Notes: generated by a model from the sequence alone, not told the origin. Shown: positions 36,416 to 50,047, counted from the first letter of the stretch. The stretch: 64,000 bases of DNA from Macrostomum lignano (GCA_002269645.1 NIVC01003347.1:39144-103143), one strand, 5' to 3'. Numbers and translations are program-made.

Positions 36416-39400
36416 CTACTTGTACTTGTTGATGCGGCGCAGCTGAACGTAGCAGAGGCCCAGAAAGAAGAAAGTAATGAGAAGCATGCCCAGCACATTG
36501 CTCCACAGATCCCACCCTGTTGAGTAGGCGATTTTCTGATCACTCAAGACCATGTAGCCATCTTTGCTGCAATCGAAAATTAGATATTGATGCGTGAACG
36601 GCTGGACTTTTCTAATTAAAAAACATATTAGCTCAATATGACAATTACTATTCTACTTTAATTTATAGATAAAATCTTAAAAGCACAACTTAAACACTTA
36701 AGTAGAATAGCGCTGCTCTCTGCAATCTAATGTAGCTGATCTCCGGTTATCAACAGTATTTTTATAACTTTGACACGATAAACTCATTCGCTACTCTAAA
36801 TGCAAGAAATGAGAAGAAACTGTCAACTGTGGGATCAAAATTCAGAAAGTGACTTTCGTCCATTCATTTTTTTCCAACAGAAAAATCTGCTTCCTCCAAA
36901 TTTTAAACGATTTGAGAGCGCACTACCCTGGCTCCAACCAAGGACTACTAAAGTAGAAGGACGCAACACTCGAAATCTATATGGAAAATGGTTTGAAGGC
37001 CACTTTTCGACGAGAAATACACTACGGAGATAGGAAGTTTTCATTTTTCAGCACAAAAATTGTTTTTGTTTTTGATAGGAAGAACACTAAATGTTCATTT
37101 TTGATATGTTGTGCCCTTCTTATAGCTCTATTGATATTCATACAGCTCTTCGTTAAAAAACTAGGCTTCTATGTTAATTTATTATTCTACGTACAATTGC
37201 ACATTCCTTTGCCTAAAAAGCATTAAAATGGCACGGTTTTACTAATCTATTTTGTTATTCTTATCTGACTGTGTAACAATATGTGCAACAGGGAGGGTAA
37301 AATAGATTCATAAAACCAGAGTCAACCTGTGCCATGCATTTTTATGATTTTTTAGGTACAGGAAATGCTCGTAGAATAAAGAATTAACATAGAATCCTAA
37401 TTTCCTAAACAAAAAGCTTTATGAATATCAATAGAGCTATAAGAAGGGCACAACATACCAAAAGATGAACATTGGGTCTGCCTCCTATCAAAAGAAATAA
37501 CAATTTTTGTGCTGAAAAAATGAGAACTTCCTATCACCGTAGTGTATTTTACGGCGAAAAGGGCCTTCAAAACTTTTTCCATGAAACGTGAGTGTCGCGT
37601 CCTGTAGCTGTACTTGGCTCCAACACACAGTGCAAATGATATGGAACTTGTCCAGCTCACCAGGTTCTGGTCACATTCGCTACGTCGGTTGTTGGGCAGA
37701 ACTCCATGCCAGCGAACTCATTGACGGATAGCGCAGAGAAAGCGTAGTTGAACAAGGAAAGGTACTTGCACCAGGATAACCAGTCGCCCATGGAACCAAT
37801 GTTCATGAGGAAGCCGCCAAAGATCATCATAAACACGTATATGATGGAGATGAAGATGTTGGCGATGCCGAACACGGACACGGAGGCCGATATGAAAAAG
37901 GCGACACCGCAGGCACCGCAAGTCGCGAGTACGAGGTTCAGCTCATAGAAGAAGAATGCCCCGGCAGTCAGCTTGAGCTTGGCCATGAAGTACACAATAG
38001 GCATGAATAGCAGCACAGGAAGGGTCTTGATTGGCAGCATGTCGCAGAATATTTTCGCCAGGAAATACACGGAGATTCGGTAGAAACCGGATGAGCTCTC
38101 GTGAATGAATATAACTCTTTCCTTAATAAACACCTCCACTGCGCCCAGGTTGACGAAGACCATTTGCAGGAGAAGAAAGAAGAAAAGACCCTGGCGGTTC
38201 TGAATGCCGGACTCCAGCGAGGTGTCAAGGCTGAAGAACACGGTGCCGAGGCTGATTCCAAAGAATAGGTAAACCACGAGCTGGATGATGGAGCTTTGAG
38301 GATTGCGGAACAGATTCAGGCCGGTGCGCCACGACACCCAGATGATCTGCAAATAGTTGAGATGATTCAGTATTCGGATTGATAAGAACGGCGTTTGTCA
38401 TTCCGAACCACCATGCAGGTCGTTAAGATTCTAAATGGACTTACATACAATAATGCATTAAATTTGGTTTGAGCCCTCATTTTTAACTCTAAGAAATATC
38501 TCATAGAAAACTATTCAGAACCCGAAGTGTTGTGCCGTGGTCACACCTGGTTACAGACGCTGGTCGGATACTCCACTCGAGGGACCTTTTTGACCTTGAC
38601 ATCAGTAGAAACGCACTCTCTGTTCAGTGAGCGCTGGTAAATGTCGTCCACCTGCTGCTCCAGTCTGTCGGAAAGGCCCGATTCGCGCCAGGCTTCAATG
38701 AGGCGATTGCTGATGGCCTCGCTCTGAGACTTCAACACGTCAGTGTCCAATATGCTGTCGCGGTCGGCCACTGAGATTTTAAACAAATGAGAAAATAAAG
38801 CTTTTTGAATTCAAATACAACGCGATAAGTCTCTATAAGTCCTCCTCCTAATTCAAGTGGATTTCAGTTGGATGAAAGTTCAAGAATTGAAGCGACATAG
38901 ATTTGACATCACTTTGGGCCTCTATGCCGTAAATAGCATAGCATAAACAGAATTCTGAGCCACTTTTCATTGCAAATTGCAGTGTATTATATTCTGTAAT
39001 TGAATCCAGTCTAGCAAAACAAGCCTCAATTTTTTAAAATAACAGACTACAGAAGTACAAAGAGAGGCTTACGTATTTCCAGATCACCTCGGCTGTCTTG
39101 TCTTGAGACTATTTCGCCGTGAACCATGTCCATGAAGAAGTCTGGTGGGCTGTTGTGTGCTTCGCAATGAAAGCCTAAATAGTAATGAAACAATATGATT
39201 TTAAGGTTGAAAACGGTCTATCATTAGGCCTGAGCGCGAGCTCAGTTTTTTAGTGCTTCAGTAACGAATTTTCAGTCACGACTGCCGCTGTAAGTCCTGT
39301 GTGTAGAAAAAAATATTGAAAAAAGCAAAGTCAAGCTGCTCACCGATGCGGGCAAAGTAATCCAGTGGATTGTCACCAGCATTGCCGTGGTAGACCACGC

Positions 39401-42345
39401 AACCCGCAACCACCAGCGTGAGGTTGTCGAATAGCCGGTAGATGGAGTATTTAGGTTGGTGAATGGAGAAAATGATTGTTCGACCGGAGTTGGCCAGCAT
39501 CTTCAGCGTGCGAATGACAGAGCCGGCCGTGAAGGCGTCCAATCCTGTGGTCGGCTCGTCCAGGAACAGCACTGGCGGGTCTGTGATCAGCTCCATGCCG
39601 ATGTTGGTGCGCTTGCGTTCTCCGCCAGACACACCGCGAATTAACTCAGTGCCGATTTTGGAGTCCGCAACCTTTCAAGGTCATTTTAAAGGGCCACCTT
39701 AATCACCATGTCCCACCAATGCCATTAACTACATTGTTAGTAAATGAAATATATGAAAGTTACTTTCAATGCAACAGCAACAATACGAGTGGATTATTTC
39801 CTAAATCTCATATTAACCATTGCAATATTCAAATGCAACATATATAATTGCGTAGTGGCTTAATGTTTTTATACAGCTCAGAAGTACACTGAGCCTTGGG
39901 TGAACACAAAAGTAAACCCTTAAGCGGGTGCATATCGGTGGTATGATTAAATAAGTAGGCCAACGAAACAAACCTTGCTCAGTCCCAGCTCCTGGATGAC
40001 ATTATCAACCTTTTCCTTGCGCACATGAGCCGAAGTGTTCCCCGGCAGTCGGAGAGCGGCTGAGAAACTGAGGTTCTCGCGCACAGTGAGAGTGCCCATC
40101 ACAATGTCATCTTGAACGACGTATCCAGACATGCACTTAAAATTATCCGGCTGCTCTGCCCCGTCAACGAGCACCTCTCCGCGCAGAAACTGCGGGTCCT
40201 TGCGACCTGCCAGCACATCCAGCAGGCTGCTCTTGCCACTGCCAGTAGGGCCCATAATAGCGTTGAGCCCTGGGTGCATTATGCCACTGAAAGTTTTACA
40301 AATCATCAACTAGTCTAATTGTAGTTCATTTTGCTCAACTTGAGAAAATCGATATTTTCATTTCAGGGAGTTTTGAAAAGTACATAGGACTTGGCTTACC
40401 TAATGCCATTTAGTACAACTTTTTTCTCAGCTTTACTCCACGGAAAGCGTTTAACCATGACCTCGTATCTGATGTTTCTGAAAGTAATCACAGAGCCACT
40501 TCTAGTGCTAGAAGTCCTGTGGCGTCCCGTAGAATTGGTGTCCACTTCTGCTGCAAAAGAATTGCCGCCACCATTGGCGCCTCCGCCGTATTGCATCGGT
40601 CTGTATCGAGAAGAATGCTTTGAGACCACCGGCTGCGGGTTGCTAAGGTCGCCATTAGATGCAGAAATATCGCGACTGTAGCAGGCATCGCTCTGTTTTT
40701 CTTGGCGCAGGTGGGAAGGCGGCGCATCAAGCTCCAGCACCACAGCACCGAAGCCATCGTTTCCTGAATCGGACTTCTTGTATGAGACAGCGGCAGTTCC
40801 CGTGCCACCTCCGCCGTTTGTCGGATGCTGGCTTGTTGTGGGTCGTTGGAGGTTTCTGTTAGAGCTTGCATCAGTGCTGGCAGCAGCTGCTGCAGCCTCC
40901 ATGGCTTTGACATCCCTTAGTGAGCCCTGACTGGCGGAAAGTAGCGGCTGATCCTTGACACCCTGCCGTTGCCGCACTGGCATGAGCTGCTCCTTGAAAA
41001 AGTGACTGGCCTAAGAAAAAAGCGATGTCATTACTTGTAAATTAAATCCTTTTTGTATGCAGCCAGCAGCCATGTAAATTTGAATACGTATGAATGTGTA
41101 TGCGAGCTATGTGCCGATTCACAATGTCTTCCATTTCTTTTTTAATATTAAGGATTGAACAGCTGATGGACTGCACTGTTTATGACGCATATGGCATAAT
41201 ATCCCTAGTGTTCTGCAAGACAATTGTTTTTTATGAGATGTTTAACATTTTAATCTGCTCCCTGACACACTGCGAAGCCGACTGCAGACAGCCGGACACT
41301 AAAATAATACAAGCACTCACAACCTGGTCTACACGGCTTACAGCCGCAGCACGAATTGTTCGTGGTGACGGTGGTGACGCAGAACGCCTGGGCCGTTGTT
41401 GCTGCTGCGATTTGTCGTAGTACACGTGTCCCCAATCTGGCGGCGAGGACTGGCGTCGAGGCGATCTCTCCATCGAATTGTACTTGTGTGATGACGAAGC
41501 CATGGATCCACTGTCTAGCTATGAGGCTCTATTTGTCCTTCTCTCTCCCCTTGTAAGCACCCTAGTCTTTTTCTTCTCAGGGTCGAGTTGATTGAAGTTT
41601 TCGGTGCGGTGTGGATGTTGGGGTAAGGGCACAAACTAAAGTCGGGCCTCAAATTCTCATCTCTCTTTCTGGTCTTTAACAGTTAAAGCGCCATATAAAA
41701 AGCTGTTATGTGTGCGCACAAGACATCCATGCCTTTCCCGTCCTTTCTTACTCTGCTCGTGCAAAAACCGAAATTTGTAGCGAAAAAGCGACTATTATGC
41801 TTGAATCGAAGAAGGTTTTTGGCCCTTAAAAGATGTTGAGCTTTTTGTCTACGCCGCTCACTATTTTCATCTCGCTTCTGTGCTCTCATGAAGTGGAGGT
41901 TCGAAAATGCACATAACAATGAATAGAGAGCGCTTCGAATAATTGCAAATGTGCGCTGTCAGGTGCTCGAGCCAAGGGTACGCAATTATAGAGCAAATAG
42001 AAGTTGAGTGACATTGCACAATGAGTTGAATCTGCACCCATTCCCCAGCAAGCTCAGTTTTTATGCAAAGGTAATACTCACTTCTGTAAACTTAGCCACC
42101 ACCTCCTGCTGTCCTGTGTTCGCGTTGCCGCTTCGCCGGTGGCTGCTTCCCCTGCTACCGCCGATGCCGCTGCTGCTGGGCTCAGCGACTCCATTCGTTG
42201 CCACTAAGACAGCAGCACCTCCGTTGCTTTCACTTCCGCCAACGCCCCCACTGATGAGTCCGCTGTCCGGTGGTCCGCCTGGCGGTGACATCTCAGCACC
42301 GCTCATCGCATGGTAGCCCTTCATCGGGCTGCGGCCGCGGGTTAT
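36416..42345 (-). CDS. ABCG2: ABCG2-like ABC half-transporter (NBD-TMD)
   Basis: Phase-compatible exons 41010-40400, 40286-39974, 39671-39344, 39174-39073, 38770-38547, 38346-37661 and 36566-36416, with upstream candidates 41518/41503-41321 and about 42345-42082. Walker A GPTGSGKSS, signature VSGGERKR, Walker B LFLDEPTTGLD, SIHQP, IQNRQGLFFF..ERVIFIHESSSGFY and C-terminus like ABCG2. Confidence 0.9.
36959..37602. mobile_element. Foldback/MITE with about 190-bp inverted arms in the last ABCG intron
   Basis: 36959-37150 (ggacgcaacactcg..gataggaag..cagcacaaaaattg..gttgtgcccttcttatagctctattgatattcata) is the reverse complement of 37410-37602. Confidence 0.75.
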
Positions 42346-43399
42346 CATTTCCCTATGAGGTGGAGGAGGATGAATAAACAACTTTTACTTTTACCCTGTC
42401 ATATAATGGAATAGTACCTGATCATAAAAATATTCAATATTTTAATATTTTCCAATGAGTCCTGTAGTGGCATAAAATGTGAACACGAAGATCTTATAGC
42501 CTCTAAAATTTAAGAGGCTTATCAGTGCGGTTGACGACAGACGGTAGATGATAAATGGGATTTCGATTGATCCTACACACCTTTTGCCGATCCAATTATA
42601 TCAGATCCGACAGAAACACCGCCTAAATTAGCTGTTTCCTAGGGTTTTTTGTTGAATTAAGATGACCTCGCCTTGAATAAATGCTGGAATGCGATCGGTG
42701 ACTGCTCTAGTAGTACACGAAGGGAAGGAACTGCAATTCCATGACCGCTTTATTCTACTTGCAGTAGCTGAAGCAGTCATGCACTCTGTGCACTTTGTCA
42801 TGCACTCACTGCTTATAATCACCGAAAGGATATACGAGTATTGGTCACAAAATACTTTGGGATTATAGAACTTCAATAATATTTGCAATGGATTTGATTT
42901 CAGATAAATTCTCGAACAACGTCTTTTCGGCCTGGGTTTGGCTTGGCTTGGCCAAATTTGGCATCCATGACTTTCAAGCTTCTGAACACCGTCGGACCGC
43001 CAGATAAGATGGCGCCGCGTCATATTTTCTGTAAAATATGACTCTCACTTTTTCCGATCCGTATTTTGGTTCAGTCTGTATAGATGCACCTCTAAATGTG
43101 CAAATGCAAATTGGCCCAGCCAATCATTGTTAGTAGTGGCCTGGGAGCCCTGTTTTCCTGGTGTGGGTGCACAGTGCCTGTGCATGGCTTTGTGCCCGTG
43201 ATTGCATCGAGCAGGCGTACTCGCTTCACCCGATGCGCAAGATAAGAATTAGCAATCGCTCAAAGCAATATCTCAGGTACGAGCGTATTAGCATTGATTC
43301 TTGGCTTGGGAATGGATCATGTGAACATTCGTCTCCTAGACTACGTTTAACCTTAATATCACGTGGTTTTGCGCTTTCGTGAGCATTTCCTCATTGCGT

Positions 43400-45100
43400 G
43401 GGTGGGTCCGCCGTCCAATAATCGTCTACTCGTCCACAACCTTGATTTTAGTGATCAGCTCTACCGTCCTCCAAAGCAACGATGGAGCCCCGAAGCGGCT
43501 CCATTTGAGCATTAAAGCCAGTTGAATGGTGGAAGAGGCCGTGGCGGCTGCTTAACTACAGGGCGCTATATGATATAATTTCTGGCTCGGTCGTGTAGTC
43601 CAGTACGCCTTCAATGCTCCTACGAGCAATTAGCTCTACAGACGATACTCTTGTTGATAATAATAGGCTTGACAACGTCGATGATCTCGCCCTGCTGTCC
43701 TGGATGTCTGAGGGCGCCTAGTGATAGCTGGACAGGCCCTGCGCCGAGTCGTTCTGCCCGCAGCAGAAATAGCTTATTGTTCTTCTTTGCCAGCTCGCAG
43801 GTTAGCGCTAGCGCAACGGCCCTAACATTCTTGGGGCCATCTTTTCGAGGAGTCAGTCAGTCAATCTTGTCTGAAGAGGGGTGTCGTTGCCCTCAGACAG
43901 TGACGGAGGACACATACAAGACAGTATCCTGAGCATCACAGTTCAGAGAGGTGCCATGACAGGTGGAGCAGCAGAGAGCCAAAGTAGCGGGTTTTGTTGC
44001 GGCTGGCGGCTCTGGCTGAGACCAGGCTGACGTGCATGCCTTCCTGGCACCTTGGCGGCGTCGGCGTTCGTAGCATCGTCGTCACTTTCAATGCCAGCGT
44101 GGCCAACGACGCGAACAAACAGGACGGCGGTGATGTCTTGAAATCTTAAAATCAGACGCGTCAGAGGTTTTGCGCAGCGGGCCTTGCTTAAGGGCGGTAA
44201 GGGCGCTAAGGCTTTCCATCCAAGAGGACCACAAGACTGGCGGGTCTGGAAGAAGTGTCGAGCTGTCAGGACTGCAGGGCAGCGCCTGGAAACTCCCACA
44301 GAGGACGCCGGCGGGATGACGGATGATGTAAGTTTGGCCGTTAAGACTGATGACTAAGGCGCTGCCGCCTTTGCCCGTGCCGTCGTTGGCAGAGCGATGG
44401 CCTCTCACAGTTTGGTTCAAGGCGATGCCGTTCGCCGCTGCAGTAGTGGCTCTGAGGTCAGATGGAGCATTGTGGGGCGCACTGAAGTCGAAATTGATGT
44501 ACTATCCGCTGTAGTCCTGCCTCAGAACTGGTCACAGGGTGTTCTCCGGGATCAGGTGGTGAAGATACAGGCCCACTGACATTGCGGCGGGCCGTGGCGG
44601 CCGAGAGGCAGCTAAGCCTATCGATTTGCTCACAGAGGTTAACGGAACACTCGAGTGTGATATTTCCAACAGGCGGCAGGTTAGCTACGCACAGCGACTG
44701 GTAGCTTGGGATTAGTGCTGCAGCAACCAGTGATAAGGTGGCGATGTGGGCCATGAGCAGGACGTGGGAGTCAGCGCCGGTCCTGCAGTGGGCGAGGGTG
44801 GAGAGAGCTCTGCGGCGCTGTGCCATGCCGCGTCTGACCTTGGAGTCGTGCCTGCTGCAGCAGAGTTGGCTGTCAAAGGTGGCGTCGAGGAGCCGCGGAT
44901 TGGAGTTGGAACCTAATTGCTGTTGGTCTCGGATAGGCAGGGGATAAACTCATTTATCGTGTTTAACATAGCTGAGGAGAGCTTTCCGTTTAGAGCATAA
45001 CACTCGGTGACCGTGTCGATGACCGTCCGGAGGATGTTGGGCGCACTCGGAAAGTCTTCAAAGTCTGTTTTTTGAGGATGGCCTAAAGCAGGGCTTCTCT
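43400..45100 (-). mobile_element. Degenerate non-LTR retrotransposon fragment (RT C-terminus plus RNase H; I/Ingi/Jockey-like)
   Basis: Broken minus-strand frames give PRLLDATFDSQL..H..KVRRGMAQRRRALSTLA (RT thumb), SANDGTGKGGSALVI..PAGVLCGSFQA, SLSALTALKQGPL and VVGHAGIES (RNase H D..E..D / WVPGHAGI motifs). Frameshifted; boundaries approximate. Confidence 0.6.
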
Positions 45101-46113
45101 ACATCATCGACCTGCCCCTCAAATCAGCTCAGCCGTGCCTTTTTTGCCCAGTCCGGTGCTTTTACTACAGATCTGGTTTTGCTGTAGTTTTTGGATTTGA
45201 TAAAAAAGAATGTTACATTATTGATAAATTTATTGTTAAATGCCACTATAACTCACATTTGTCGTTTGCTTTTAGTCCTTGATGTTTCTTGCTTTACACG
45301 CTAGTCGCTCCAATAATGGAATGAGTAATCAAAAGGAGGTGCAAAACTGGAGCGTCTTTTGGGCTGGGCTGAGAGCTTAGTAGAGCCAAGCTGCTGAATC
45401 TGTGGATGGGTGAGTTGCTTTGAAAGCACAATCGCACTATTTATAGCCTCCGAGGTTGCTGAGAAGAGAGTCGAGACGCTCAGATCAGCCAATTTTCTCT
45501 CAAACCCTTCTGCTGCAAATTTGGCGAGCAAAATGCGGCTCAGTGCTCATGCAGAGACAAGGTTTGAAATTGAATGGATGGAAGCAAGACCGAGTCTGAA
45601 AAAAAGATCGAGCGATTTAATTACTCAGCTCAACATAGCAACAACAGCTGTATACATGCGCGAGCTTTATCGTTCTGCGTCTCTCTTTCTCCCCCCTCCC
45701 CCGAGGTGCTTCATTGCTTGGCTCGAGGCATGCACACAGCTGAATTGTTGAGTAAAGAGAGGCCAACATAACAGAAAGGTAGGTGATTTAGTTCAGTTGT
45801 AGGCAAAAACAGAGCTAAAGAAATATAGTCTGAGTAGAAAACCAAGATAACAGCATGGTCTAGTTGCACCTGACATTCAAAGTGCATTGACAAACCATCT
45901 CTCACACTCTTCATTATAACCAGTGGTTCTTCACTGAATAACTAGGTTACATGCTTCGAAATTCGAATATCGTTTCAAACAATATAGAAATCTGTTGATA
46001 GTATTGCTACGAGCGTTAACACTTAGTGATTTCTTTACACAAAATCTAGCCACTTCAACAAAAAATCTAATAAGCCAACTAGTAGACAACCTGATCGGGG
46101 TGAATTAACGAAA

Positions 46114-48347
46114 GGGATGTCAACTTAAGGCTCTAGAATGGAGCCCGAAGTTCAGCTCCGGACCAAACCGACTGGAATTGATAACTGGTCGGACCAGGTG
46201 ACTAGAATCGCCGAGACATCCTATCCGGGTCCCTTCCTTGGGGTCCCAGGGGATAAAAGGGATAAAATGGGGATCTCATGTCAAAGGCTCTAGAATGGAG
46301 CAAGCAAGGCTTCAGACCAAACCGACTGGAATCAGCAGATTAGACGTTGTTATCGAGAACTCGATTCCAAAGTACAACCGGGTGCGTCCAGGTTTTGAAT
46401 CATTTAAACAGCTGCCACCGTCATGGACAGGGCTATCGTTGTTCGAATTCGGTGAGAATTTCATGCGCCGAGTGTTCTTGTCCAACGAACTGGACGAAAT
46501 TGAGCAGCTGCGCTTCAACTGTGATCTGACGCGTGTCCCCTCTGCTAACACAAGGGCATGGATTGCCGTCAACCCGCTGGATCCAAAAGCTCGGGGTTCC
46601 CCCGAATTCACACAGAGAATTCGACAGAGGTTTCGGTGGGTCCGTATCAACTAAATCAAGCCGATGATTACATTCAAAACATTCGTGTCAGAGGTTCTCG
46701 GTAGCTACGAAGGTGACTCCTGGAGAGACTTTGAGTCGCTCACATCCGAACTTCCGAGCCACCTGAAGTGTTGGAAGTTTCGGCAAGAGACGCAGCCAGA
46801 AATCTGAAGCAACCGATTCGGTCGGTGGCATCCGTCTTGGATTTTTCTAGCTGTCGTTTCTCGCGCCATAATTCGAAATCCTACCGCGTGATTCTTAGAG
46901 TGTGCGACAGCAGCAGACAATCGCTGTGGTTTTAAAGATCCAGGATTGCAACTTCTTCATGGCTACTATTCGTCTGCAAAAGCTGGAAATACGACTGCAG
47001 GCTGCGATTGTCATTTAATGGCAGTGCTCAAACTCCTGGGCTGCTACTACGCTTACCACCAAGATAGCTATCGAAGGTCTGGTGCTAGCCATCGCTTTGT
47101 TGATTCCGCTCTTCCACGCAGCCTTGTTGCCAGACTTCATGTCAGAGAAAATGCTTTACCACAGCAGCGAAGGCCTACTGAGCAACAGCCTAGCGGCCAG
47201 CAAGAGGAGTTTCAGTCAGCCAGCAGCAGCTCACGATCCAAGCCTCAGTCTTCATGAGTCTTTGGTCTTCAAAACCATGGTCAGCAGTGCTACGCAACTG
47301 TTGTTGCACAACTGTTTCACTGCATCAGCAGCAAAGTCCAGCTCCTTCAGCCTGTCAGAGGTGGGGCAGTGAACACCGCAATGACCAACCTGATAAAGCC
47401 TGTGGCGACTGGATCAGCAAGCGTAGATCAACTTGTCGAAGCTATCCGAAGCCGATAGCCGCAGCAGTTTGCGCCAAGACAGCAACACTGCATGAACGAG
47501 GTGCTACAGTGCATTCTGCCAGAGTTGCAGCTGCAGCGTCATTGCCTAAGCGAATTTACACTCGTACGTGCGGTATTTGCCATACTAGCACGGAGGAGCT
47601 GCCCATAGGAGTTCTAGATAATCGTATCCTCAGCATCTCCTTTTCAACCACACTGTTAACTCTAGACGGTCTCTACGCTGCTTTTACGGCACCAAAGCAC
47701 GTCCCATGCACCAACACCAAACGTGCAGCTGATAGTGTGCAGGACGTTCAGGTCTCTAACGGCAGAGTGACCCTGATGCATATAGATTGCATTGGAGCTG
47801 ATGGTTAAAAACTGAATACGCAAGTCTGTTGGACAAGCCGAGCAGGTACATCTCCATCTTGGGATGTCCAATATTCACAGTGTCCCATTACGGTAGTATG
47901 CCCTTGGAAGGACACTATACATCTTGTGTCCTGAAAGATGGAGTATGGAATAAGCTCAGAGAGAGAGAGAGAGAGAGAGTTCAAAGAAACTAGAATCCAT
48001 TCGTTCATGAGAAATCTTATATTACCTTAGTAGCCATGCTGGAAGTATAAAGAGACCCATGGGATCATCTGCGAGCATGTTTACACCATAACCCTTTCTG
48101 CAAATTAATAACCATTCTGTTTCATTTCGTTTAAAACATCCAGAGCCTTGCTTTGGGCTCCATTCTAGAGCCTTAAGTTGACATGAGATCCCTATTTTAT
48201 CCCCTTATCCCCTGGGACCCCAAGGAAGGGCCTGGGATGAGATGTCTCGGCGATTCTAGTCGTCTGGGCCGACAAGTTATCGATTGCAGTCGGTTTGGTC
48301 CGGTGCTGAACTTTGGGCTCCGTTCTGGTGCTTAAGTTGACATCCCC
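46114..48347 (+). mobile_element. 2.2-kb DNA transposon with about 200-bp TIRs; decayed PIF/Harbinger-ISL2EU-like transposase remnant
   Basis: Left TIR 46114-46315 (gggatgtcaacttaag..ccttccttggggtcccaggggataa..) is the reverse complement of 48143-48347. Internal frameshifted peptides VVIENS..FESFKQL, GPYQLNQADDYIQ, SRHNSKSYRVIL and HGYYSSAKAGNTTAGCDCHLMAVL resemble, from memory, the DDE_Tnp_4 C-terminus plus SWIM finger of such elements. Confidence 0.65.
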
Positions 48348-49269
48348 TTGTGGATAGTGCATTGGGTGGGTGAATTTTTAGCACACAAAACCCAACGCGT
48401 GTTTCAATACAATATGTTGTGACCGTTCAAGCAGTTCAACTTCTTTATGGACATTCAAATAGCTAATTTGTGGTTGTTAATTGTCCAAAAATTTATCTTA
48501 ACTTGCACGAGGGGGCATATATTATAATTACGAAGCGCAGTGTCAGTGCCCATGGTGGCGATAACACCTTGTAGATCTTCGGCGTGTAAGTACATGTAAG
48601 CTCTTTGATAGCGAGGGTTGTGTCAGCCTGTTGTCCATATCCCGATCTCAGCATATTGCCACACGCTGTGCGCTCGACTCTCTCAGAATGGTGATGCAGT
48701 CCTTTACGGTTTGATAAAAATAAAATGTGATCAAACAGTTTTTGGTACGAGCTAAAAGTGTTCCAATTATGGTTCACAGTCTGTGCCACTACAACTGCGC
48801 CATGGTTCTAGGCTCTGCCTTTGCCAGATCGATACTTCAGTCTTCAGCCTGTAACATGCAGTTTCTGCAACACTTAATTGTTTTGTGAACAGATGCATGT
48901 GTTGGTCAAGGTTGAGGTATTCAGAATGTGCTGCAGGATGTCTGACAGATTAAAAATGTCATACGCATGTCGGGGGCGCTTTTATGGCAGAGTTGGTCGT
49001 TTGTGATCACGCGCGCCAGTTTGTGACATTGACATGACAGCATTTGATTGTTAATGCATGTTGAGCCGCTTTGATCCGAGTGGGTCTCTGCACTGACAGG
49101 AATAGATGAGCTGGTTGATGATCGTACCATCCAGCTCTTATGTACCGATGTGTCGAAATGTTCATCCAAGGCTCACAGCTCGCACAGATGGAATTGGAGT
49201 CGGTTGATCGAAGTCGACGCTACGAGCTACATGTATAGTGTATTGCGTGCATTTTTATCAATATTATTA

Positions 49270-50047
49270 TAGGTTTTATCGCTTTTTGATTTCATAAAAT
49301 TGTCATTTGATTTTGTCCATACCTGTAGAAGTTGGCAGCGCGGCCATAGAGTCTATGGCAATAAAGTGCGCTGTTTTCCGATTGAATTCATAACTTTGCC
49401 ACTTCATTTCGACTTGGCGCGCGGAGTGGCTTAACACTGCCAGAGGGGGCTGGGATATCAGTGGGTGAATATCTATGGCCAAACCTCTCATAGAAATGAA
49501 AAGCCTATATGAATGTGTCCTCTTCTTGGGCAACAGTCACCTTCCTTGTGTGCCTAAAAATGGCTGCATACGCGTCCATTGGAAACGACAGAAGGCATCT
49601 TGTCATTGAATTAGCAATGAACAGGGGTGAGAAAGTGACGGACATAGCGCGATGGCTCAACATCAACAAACAGACAGTGTACTCCATAGTGAAGGTGTAC
49701 GAAGAGACTGAGCGCATCGACAAGCTGCCGAAAGGAGGAAACAATCCTAAGAAGCTGGCCGATCCAATCGTACAAGAACTCGTTTCTGGCATAGAAGACA
49801 ATCCAATGTTGACATTAAAGGAGATGAAGGCGAAACTGCACACGACTTTCTGTTTTTAACAGATTCTTTCTGTACTGGACAAACGCATCGACTTTTCTGT
49901 TGCCTTTCTTATGTCGAAATGAAGTGGCAAAGTTATGAATTCAATTGGAAAACAGCGCACTTTATTGCCATAGACTCTATGGCCGCGCTGCCAACTTCTA
50001 TGGACGAAATCAAATGACAATTTTATGAAATCAAACGAAAAATCCTA
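49270..50047 (+). mobile_element. Tc1/mariner-IS630 internally deleted element, about 780 bp
   Basis: About 145-bp TIRs (49270-49413 versus 49913-50047) with TA on both flanks (49268-69 and 50048-49). Encloses a transposase N-terminal HTH ORF. Confidence 0.85.
49560..49859 (+). CDS. Transposase DNA-binding region only (bipartite helix-turn-helix), no DDE domain
   Basis: MAAYASIGNDRRHLVIELAMNRGEKVTDIARWLNINKQTVYSIVKVYEETERIDKLPKGGNNPKKL..LVSGIEDNPMLTLKEMKAKL is a typical Tc1/IS630 paired-like HTH + GG linker + second HTH; stop follows immediately. Confidence 0.65.
   Translation: MAAYASIGNDRRHLVIELAMNRGEKVTDIARWLNINKQTVYSIVKVYEETERIDKLPKGGNNPKKLADPIVQELVSGIEDNPMLTLKEMKAKLHTTFCF

Noticed and set aside
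43006-43014. YY1-like AAGATGGCG motif upstream of the ABCG gene
   Set aside because: A single short motif is expected by chance in 64 kb, and there is no TSS evidence.
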